Shown here piece by piece: positions 59,028 through 64,000 of a DNA stretch of 64,000 nucleotides. A program made the translations under genes and the position numbers. The notes beneath the pieces are model-generated. The model was not told the origin of the DNA. It saw nothing but the letters and a program-made list of their open reading frames with translations, and searched no databases. The DNA comes from a virus, in the IMG/VR virus record IMGVR_UViG_3300025875_000007, positions 1 to 64,000 of that record. One strand, given 5' to 3'. Every line of letters begins with the position of its first letter. Positions within the stretch are counted from its first letter, which is position 1.

Positions 59028-59203
59028 TGGCGACCGAGGTCGATGTCACGGGGCGATTTGCCTGGCGCTTCAGTCTAGAAGAGCTTAAGGACTTCGTTTC
59101 TAAGGCGGAAGAGCATGGGCGCGAAGATATTGTCTGGTACGCCAGCGCTGGAGATCAACGAGAGCCTTCGGAATTGAGGCTCGAAGCTAGGAGTCTTAGA
59201 TGA
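59027..59203 (+). CDS. hypothetical protein (58 aa)
   Basis: The ATG overlaps the thyX TAA and the stop overlaps the next ATG (ATGA). Confidence 0.4.
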   Translation: MATEVDVTGRFAWRFSLEELKDFVSKAEEHGREDIVWYASAGDQREPSELRLEARSLR

Positions 59204-59451
59204 ACTGCGAAGTCTGCACGAACGAAATAAAGGCCATGTCCTTCAAGGGCACCGGCGTCTGTGGCGAAAACTGTCGAAAGGTGAGGGATAATGGCCGGGT
59301 CGAACTATCGAGAAGCGGTGGCCTTGGAGGACATCAGCCGAACGTTGAAGGAGATCTCATCAGCCTTGAAGGAGCAGAATCGCCTCCTCAAGAATCGCCT
59401 CCTCAAGAAGCGCTCGTCCCCTACCACCAAGGACCGGACGACATCGGATGA
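59200..59451 (+). CDS. Cys-rich small ORF; 3' extent doubtful
   Basis: MNCEVCTNEIKAMSFKGTGVCGENCRK looks real. Beyond ~59290 it overlaps 59291..59647 out of frame and turns low-complexity. Confidence 0.3.
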   Translation: MNCEVCTNEIKAMSFKGTGVCGENCRKVRDNGRVELSRSGGLGGHQPNVEGDLISLEGAESPPQESPPQEALVPYHQGPDDIG

Positions 59452-59647
59452 GCCCGTCGAAGAGCCGGTCGTTGAGGAAACCCCTAAGGGTCCCGCACGC
59501 AAGACCTACGGCTGGAGTATGGCCAATTCTGTCCAGCGTGACGGTGGTCTGAACATCGGAGACATCAAGATCGAGAAAGATGACTCCCACTGGTCTTGGA
59601 CTGGCGAAACCTGGGAGAGGATCGAGCTTCCCAGTGGACAAACGTGA
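59291..59647 (+). CDS. hypothetical protein (118 aa)
   Basis: Track ORF with a coiled-coil-like N-terminus. Confidence 0.55.
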   Translation: MAGSNYREAVALEDISRTLKEISSALKEQNRLLKNRLLKKRSSPTTKDRTTSDEPVEEPVVEETPKGPARKTYGWSMANSVQRDGGLNIGDIKIEKDDSHWSWTGETWERIELPSGQT

Positions 59648-59900
59648 GAAGCGCAAGGATCAGGAAGTCTTCTTAGTCATCTACAAGGGTGGCGAGAAGA
59701 TTCAAGTCGGTCACGCGATTCTGAAGGGTGACGGCAGCCTCATCGGACAGGTCTCCAAAGACGTGAGAAAAGAGATCACAGATCTCTTATTTGGAGGCCA
59801 ACTCGGTGACGTGTCCTTGAATCCCAGGACTGTCGTACCACCCGATATGTTGTATCACGACGTAATAAAGCGCATTCCCCCGAATATTCAGGAGCAATAA
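59634..59900 (+). CDS. hypothetical protein (88 aa)
   Basis: GTG 59634 within track ORF 59580... The start is uncertain. Confidence 0.5.
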   Translation: MDKREKRKDQEVFLVIYKGGEKIQVGHAILKGDGSLIGQVSKDVRKEITDLLFGGQLGDVSLNPRTVVPPDMLYHDVIKRIPPNIQEQ

Positions 59901-60412
59901 TGCCAGCACAAGTCTCAATTAATAGCTTACTCCATGAGAACGCCAGACTCATGTTCCGAAACTTCGCCGGTCGTGTCGAGCAGTACAACGACAAGGGGGC
60001 TCGAGGTTTCGTCATGTTCCTGGAGCCCGAGCGTGCCGAGGCGATGAAGGCCGAGGGTTGGAACATAAAGTACCTTCGACCTCGGGAAGAGGACGACGTT
60101 CCTCAGGCATATCTTCCGGTGGCCGTCAGTTACAAGATCCGGCCTCCGAAAATCGTGGTGATCACTTCTAAGGCTCGAACAGAGTTCGGCGAGGACGAGC
60201 TTCCGATGCTTGACTACGCGGAGATCAAGAACGCGGACATTATGCTCTCAGCTAGCAACTGGGACGTCAACGGCAATACGGGCATCAAGGCATATCTGAA
60301 GTCGGCGTTCCTTACGCTCAACGAGGACCCGTTGGAGCTGAAGTATGCCGAGGACCCTACTTTGGACCAGACTCCTGCTTTGGCTACGAGTTCGACTGCG
60401 AGTGAGGACTAA
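59900..60412 (+). CDS. conserved phage protein; possible OB-fold ssDNA-binding protein
   Basis: I recall the pattern FRNFAG...GARGFVMFL...GWNIKYL...LPVAVSY...NWDVNGNTGIKAYLKSAFLTLNEDPLELKY from replication modules of Gram-positive phages. The function is not established. Confidence 0.6.
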   Translation: MPAQVSINSLLHENARLMFRNFAGRVEQYNDKGARGFVMFLEPERAEAMKAEGWNIKYLRPREEDDVPQAYLPVAVSYKIRPPKIVVITSKARTEFGEDELPMLDYAEIKNADIMLSASNWDVNGNTGIKAYLKSAFLTLNEDPLELKYAEDPTLDQTPALATSSTASED

Positions 60413-60639
60413 TGAGGCTTCGAACCATCTGGACAATTCCAGCCATGACGGTTCGAGAACGTCTTCGCAGGACTCGTGAGTGGGCGGCTATGGAGGTGGG
60501 GGCTCGACTTCCGCTTCGTGTTCGATACTGGACGGCTATGCAGGAGATTGCTCATGCAACCCGAGACAGTAAGGACACCATGGCCACTCCTCTAGACGAG
60601 ATCCTCAAGAATCTTCGACACCCGAAGGTGATGAGCTAA
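60412..60639 (+). CDS. hypothetical protein
   Basis: Track ORF, coupled to the upstream gene. Confidence 0.55.
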   Translation: MRLRTIWTIPAMTVRERLRRTREWAAMEVGARLPLRVRYWTAMQEIAHATRDSKDTMATPLDEILKNLRHPKVMS

Positions 60640-60854
60640 TGGCTGCGGTCACGAAGATCTTGGCGGTCATGCAGAGGAGCGCCCTGAGCTACACGGCCTT
60701 CTCGAATTATATTCCGTTTGAGTTGACAGACGAGCGAGGCGTGGTTATCCGCACACTCATTATGTCTCGCAAGGACGTTAATGATCTCGGATGGCCTAAG
60801 GAGATCACGGTCACTATCGAATCCAGCAACACGCTGAATAATGGGAGAAATTGA
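60639..60854 (+). CDS. hypothetical protein
   Basis: Track ORF, coupled to the upstream gene. Confidence 0.55.
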   Translation: MAAVTKILAVMQRSALSYTAFSNYIPFELTDERGVVIRTLIMSRKDVNDLGWPKEITVTIESSNTLNNGRN

Positions 60855-61204
60855 TGCCTGGTCAGAATGAAGTCGAAAAGTACCCGCCGGGGTTCCACTC
60901 AAATGTTCGATTCGGGGATCGCGAGGAGGGTTACGATGACGGCCCTAGCGACGCTCGCATCGGCCCTCAGTTGGGCTACATGCAGGATAGCCTCTCAAAG
61001 CTGACCTCTTTGATCGAGAGTCTGGGTGAGAAGGTTTCTCCGATTCTTCTTCCGGAAGATTCGGTGAACGTGAACATGCCCATCACTGCGTCTCCTCCCC
61101 GTAAGCCAGCTAGCGAGGTCAGCAACATGATCGACGATCTCAATGGTCAGATTACTCAACTTCAGGGAATGGTTGTTCGGATTGCGGAGAGGGTGCAACT
61201 GTAA
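60851..61204 (+). CDS. hypothetical protein
   Basis: Track ORF, coupled to the upstream gene. Confidence 0.55.
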   Translation: MMPGQNEVEKYPPGFHSNVRFGDREEGYDDGPSDARIGPQLGYMQDSLSKLTSLIESLGEKVSPILLPEDSVNVNMPITASPPRKPASEVSNMIDDLNGQITQLQGMVVRIAERVQL

Positions 61205-61584
61205 TGGGACAGTCAAGGATCGTTCCAATTGCGGCGGATACCGTTGATATTCCTTCTCCGGGAATGTTCGCCTCGGCCGATTGGCGCGTTATCTCTCGAC
61301 ACGGGGAGAACTATTATCGGGCCTGTGGGGAAGTTGTGCAATCACATGAACAGGGCGGACACACCACGTGCGTCAAGCCCCTTCATCACCCCACCTGGCA
61401 GCACGAAGATTTTGAGGGTCGAATTAAGGACACCGTGGGCGTTGTTGATATCGAGTTTCAAATTCGAATGGACGCTCGAAATGTACTTAAGCGAACGGGC
61501 TTGAGTGAAGAGCAGATTTTCAACGCCCTAAATGCCCTGTCCTCCAGTGGTGTAAACCTGATTAAGGAGTCTCGTGACCACTGA
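61204..61584 (+). CDS. hypothetical protein
   Basis: Track ORF, coupled to the upstream gene. Confidence 0.55.
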   Translation: MGQSRIVPIAADTVDIPSPGMFASADWRVISRHGENYYRACGEVVQSHEQGGHTTCVKPLHHPTWQHEDFEGRIKDTVGVVDIEFQIRMDARNVLKRTGLSEEQIFNALNALSSSGVNLIKESRDH

Positions 61585-61762
61585 GCCGTCGGAGATGAAC
61601 GTTCAGGAGGAGGCCCAGGAGCTGGGTACTCTTCTCGACGAGTTCGAGCGTGTGGTGAATCTCCCTGATCCGGAGGAGAAGTTCTATCCGGTCAATCGTG
61701 CTGCTCGACGTACCGCTGAGAAGCGTAATCGAGCACTGATGAAGCGGAAGCCGCGTGGCTGA
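61574..61762 (+). CDS. hypothetical protein (62 aa)
   Basis: Track ORF with a GTG start after AAGGAG. Confidence 0.5.
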   Translation: MTTEPSEMNVQEEAQELGTLLDEFERVVNLPDPEEKFYPVNRAARRTAEKRNRALMKRKPRG

Positions 61763-61766
61763 AGCA

Positions 61767-61868
61767 ATGATCGCAGGCGCTGTCATATTCCTACTGGGAT
61801 TTGTCTGCGGCTGTGTATTCCTTGTCCTCGCAGCAAACGCCAGAAGGAATGGAGATAGGGATGGCTGA
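61767..61868 (+). CDS. 33-aa membrane peptide
   Basis: MIAGAVIFLLGFVCGCVFLVLAANARRNGDRDG. Confidence 0.35.
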   Translation: MIAGAVIFLLGFVCGCVFLVLAANARRNGDRDG

Positions 61869-62142
61869 CCTGTTCACGGCTAAACATGGCAATGGCGACG
61901 CGGTCGAAGCAAATCAGCTTAGGGCAGATAATGCTGAGGCCCTTTCTGTTTGGTGTGGCGGTGTCTTGGTCAAGGAGCATGATGCGCTAAAGCATGATGT
62001 CACCTACGCAGCCATCAACGTGCCTACGGTAGCCGGTAAGAAGCGCGCCCAAGAGGGGGATTGGATTATCAAGCGTCCAGCGGGTGACTTCTTTCCTGTT
62101 CAGGCCCATAGATTTGAGGAGCTCTTTGATCCCATCGAGTAA
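61861..62142 (+). CDS. hypothetical protein (93 aa)
   Basis: GGAGATAGGG RBS then ATG 61861 within track ORF 61801... Confidence 0.55.
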   Translation: MADLFTAKHGNGDAVEANQLRADNAEALSVWCGGVLVKEHDALKHDVTYAAINVPTVAGKKRAQEGDWIIKRPAGDFFPVQAHRFEELFDPIE

Positions 62143-62202
62143 TTGGCATTATTTACTCCTTACATATGCAGAAACCCCCTCCTGAAAGAGGAAAACAATC
62201 AA

Positions 62203-62589
62203 ATGCTAGAGACTTCGCAGTACGTCCGTAAGCCATTCAACATCGACGCCGTTCGAGTGACCGCTGAGAACATTCAGGAAGTCGCTCGGTGGGTCGACAG
62301 CGAGGTTCGCAACGACCAGCGTGACGGTCAGTACGTCAAGGTTCGCGTCCACAACCCCAGGAACGAAAAGCAGACCAAGGCCTACGTCGGCGACTGGGTG
62401 CTTTACGCCGGTACGGGCTACAAGGTCTACACCAACAAGGCGTTCCTCAAGGACTTCGATAAGGTCTCTGACGAGACAAAGATGGTCGACCCTGACGCCA
62501 AGAGGCGCAATGCAGACACCGAGGTTGTCGGTGTTATCGAGGGAGACGTCGTGGTTCCGAAGCGAGTCCCTCGAAAGAAGGCTAGCTAA
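62203..62589 (+). CDS. hypothetical protein (128 aa)
   Basis: AAGAGGAAAA RBS then ATG 62203 within track ORF 62143... Confidence 0.6.
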   Translation: MLETSQYVRKPFNIDAVRVTAENIQEVARWVDSEVRNDQRDGQYVKVRVHNPRNEKQTKAYVGDWVLYAGTGYKVYTNKAFLKDFDKVSDETKMVDPDAKRRNADTEVVGVIEGDVVVPKRVPRKKAS

Positions 62590-62809
62590 CAATGGGCCTT
62601 ACAAATATGCGAACGAGTGATATTGCAGCATTCTGTCTTGGCGGCTTCGTTGGGCTTGTGGCTGTCAAGCACGTCATTCTTTGAACTCTTCGCTAAGCTA
62701 CTGGTCTGTGCTGTAGGGGGCGCAGGTCAGGATTAGGGTGCTACGTGGGTTCTCCCGTCGAACGGAGCAGACGTACAGGCTGGTTACAAAGTCAGCCCAC
62801 CCGCCCAGC

Positions 62810-62883
62810 GGGCCCTTGGCCCAAATGGCAGAGGCAGGGGCCTTAAAAGCCCCGAGTTATGGGTTCAAGTCCCATAGGGCCCA
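62810..62883 (+). tRNA. tRNA with anticodon UAA (Leu by anticodon) but a short 5-nt variable loop
   Basis: Acceptor GGGCCCT/AGGGCCC, anticodon arm GGGGC-CTTAAAA-GCCCC, variable loop GAGTT, T-arm ATGGG-TTCAAGT-CCCAT, discriminator A. The D-stem has one mismatch. Confidence 0.7.
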
Positions 62884-62957
62884 CGAAACGCCCGGTAACG
62901 ACCCGGGGAAAGGAGATCGTCAGAGTCATGGCCTAATCCACTAATAGAGAAGAAAAT

Positions 62958-63329
62958 ATGAGTTCGGCCGAACTTTTGAAGAATGAAATTGCTACGACGT
63001 TGAGTCTGGGCTTGGGTCGAGGTGAAGACATCGATACGATCGCCGCAGATATCTTGCATGAATTGCTCGAAGCAGGAACTGAGCGAATCGAAGAAGCGTC
63101 TAGCACCTTCATCCGCCTAAGGCAAGCGATGAAAACGTACAACCCAATCCTAACCCTCTTAACAACGGAGAAACAGCATGGCGACCGACCCCAAGGACGG
63201 CGGCCCCACCACCGAGTCTCGCGAGGAGAAGCGAGTCGAGGTTTCGGAGCCTGCTCCGCCCACTCCGGCCAAGGAGACCGTCACGGAGACGACGACGGTC
63301 GAGCGCGAGAACTAGTATGGCTGGCCTGA
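62958..63329 (+). CDS. hypothetical protein; C-terminal third doubtful
   Basis: The N-terminal ~70 aa look genuine. After ~63180 the frame reads R/G-rich across a better-looking ORF in another frame. Confidence 0.4.
   Translation: MSSAELLKNEIATTLSLGLGRGEDIDTIAADILHELLEAGTERIEEASSTFIRLRQAMKTYNPILTLLTTEKQHGDRPQGRRPHHRVSRGEASRGFGACSAHSGQGDRHGDDDGRARELVWLA
63178..63315 (+). CDS. small acidic Pro/Thr/Glu-rich protein (45 aa)
   Basis: GGAGAAAC RBS then ATG 63178. High GC3. The stop is 1 nt before the next ATG. Confidence 0.4.
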   Translation: MATDPKDGGPTTESREEKRVEVSEPAPPTPAKETVTETTTVEREN

Positions 63330-63532
63330 AGGCAAGGGCTGTTCTCAAGACAAGCAGTCCGGCAAATCCTAAGGGCGGCCTGTTTCGCACTAGGTACTAC
63401 TTTCAAATTCTCGCAGCCAACGGCGAGCCGCTTTGTACTTCTGAGATGTACGTCTCTAGGAACAATGCGGTTGAAGGTATCTACGCTCTCGCAGATAGTA
63501 TGAGAGAAGTTCTCGACATCTACGAGAAGTAA
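63317..63532 (+). CDS. YegP/DUF1508-like protein
   Basis: YYFQILAANGEPLCTSEMYVSRNNAVEGIYAL matches the F.L.A.NGE.I..SE.Y.S...A..GI repeat pattern. Confidence 0.6.
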   Translation: MAGLKARAVLKTSSPANPKGGLFRTRYYFQILAANGEPLCTSEMYVSRNNAVEGIYALADSMREVLDIYEK

Positions 63533-63560
63533 TTCGCGAAAAAAACATGCGCTATGATGA
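63533..63560 (+). promoter_or_regulatory. promoter-motif copy
   Basis: TTCGCG-N14-TATGAT(63553-63558)-GA, starting 1 nt after the upstream stop. Confidence 0.5.
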
Positions 63561-63676
63561 GACCCCGTGTCGTCGCCGCCCAAATGTAAATTCAGGTGGA
63601 CATCCGATGGCACGGGGTCTCATCCAAGCCTTATGTTGCTTTCCGTTGATTAATTTCCGGACGAGACATAGGCTTT
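63559..63676 (+). ncRNA. structured 5' leader (two long hairpins) upstream of 63720
   Basis: The 11-bp stem GAGACCCCGTG (63559-63569) / CACGGGGTCTC (63611-63621) begins right after the hexamer. A second hairpin, GCCT(T)ATG...CATAGGC, lies at ~63626-63676. Confidence 0.4.
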
Positions 63677-63719
63677 CATTAATGCTCGTCAACCCATCCC
63701 AAATATAGAGGAGACTCTC

Positions 63720-63971
63720 ATGAGCACGTCCACGCTCGCCTTCGCCTTCGACCAGCCCAGCACGTGGAACGAGATGCGTGCCGCGATGTCGGACCGTTTC
63801 CGTGACAACAACGAGCGTGTCGGTCAAGCCTACTTCAACGCTCTGGTCATCGCCTGGCCCGAGGTCGCGGAGCTCGTCCGTGGCACCATGGCGGACCCGT
63901 TCTACGCCGAGGACATGAAGGACCCGCGCATGGCTCGGTTCTTCGACGTCGTCACGCCGTACTTCCTCTGA
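63720..63971 (+). CDS. hypothetical protein (83 aa)
   Basis: GAGGAGA RBS. Track ORF. High GC3. Confidence 0.65.
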   Translation: MSTSTLAFAFDQPSTWNEMRAAMSDRFRDNNERVGQAYFNALVIAWPEVAELVRGTMADPFYAEDMKDPRMARFFDVVTPYFL

Positions 63972-64000
63972 TGGGCGAGTCTACGGCACCGCCCTTGGGT

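Noticed and set aside
62700-62809. Possible additional tRNA upstream of 62810 (GGGTTCTCCCG looks T-loop-like).
   Set aside because: I could not fold an acceptor stem, anticodon arm or a proper T-stem around it.
62738-62944. 68-aa ORF overlapping the third tRNA.
   Set aside because: It is fully explained by the tRNA gene and flanking non-coding sequence, and it has no RBS.
1-64000. Temperate lifestyle, prophage boundaries or transposable elements.
   Set aside because: I recognised no integrase, excisionase, CI/Cro-like switch, att-like repeats, transposase or flanking bacterial genes. The two HNH genes are the only mobile-element-type functions.

Overview
This window is a contiguous 64-kb stretch of a tailed dsDNA phage with a siphovirus-type virion module. 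Every credible gene is on the + strand and coding density is very high. The long minus-strand ORFs in the track are frame shadows of GC-rich + strand genes. The AGGAG-type RBSs and a visibly mosaic base composition suggest a Gram-positive, possibly actinobacterial, host, but that is a guess.

Layout:
- 0-9.6 kb: nucleotide and recombination genes (dNMP-kinase-like, LuxR-type HTH, SF2 helicase, HNH, VRR-NUC, Cas4-like exonuclease). The block ends in a 910-aa protein carrying a beta-like and a beta-prime-like double-psi beta-barrel (DPBB) motif (GADFDGD) plus HTH domains. I read it as a candidate single-subunit YonO-like RNA polymerase (RNAP).
- 9.6-9.9 kb: a hairpin-rich non-coding gap.
- 10-15.8 kb: a stand-alone GAF protein, membrane/coiled-coil proteins, two lysin candidates and an HNH.
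- 15.8-41.6 kb: virion genes (collagen-like protein, large terminase, portal, protease-capsid fusion, major tail, tape measure, tail tip/fibre proteins, r1t-type holin).
- 41.6-49.6 kb: an array of tiny genes. Most sit in their own cassette of a conserved promoter-like motif and a conserved hairpin. The block also holds two tRNAs and structured RNAs.
- 49.6-64 kb: replication and nucleotide metabolism (dCMP deaminase, an SF3 helicase/AEP primase/PolB fusion, ThyX) and a third tRNA.

I saw no integrase, repressor, transposase, CRISPR array or rRNA.

The most interesting signal is the candidate phage RNAP together with 16 copies of a fixed-spacing motif, TCGCG-N14-TATAAT-GA. A conserved hairpin+TAGTCTT module and three structured RNAs begin immediately after that motif.

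Limits: all protein family calls are motif recognition by eye, with no searches run. Coordinates of non-ORF features were hand-counted against the ORF track, so expect +/-2 nt.
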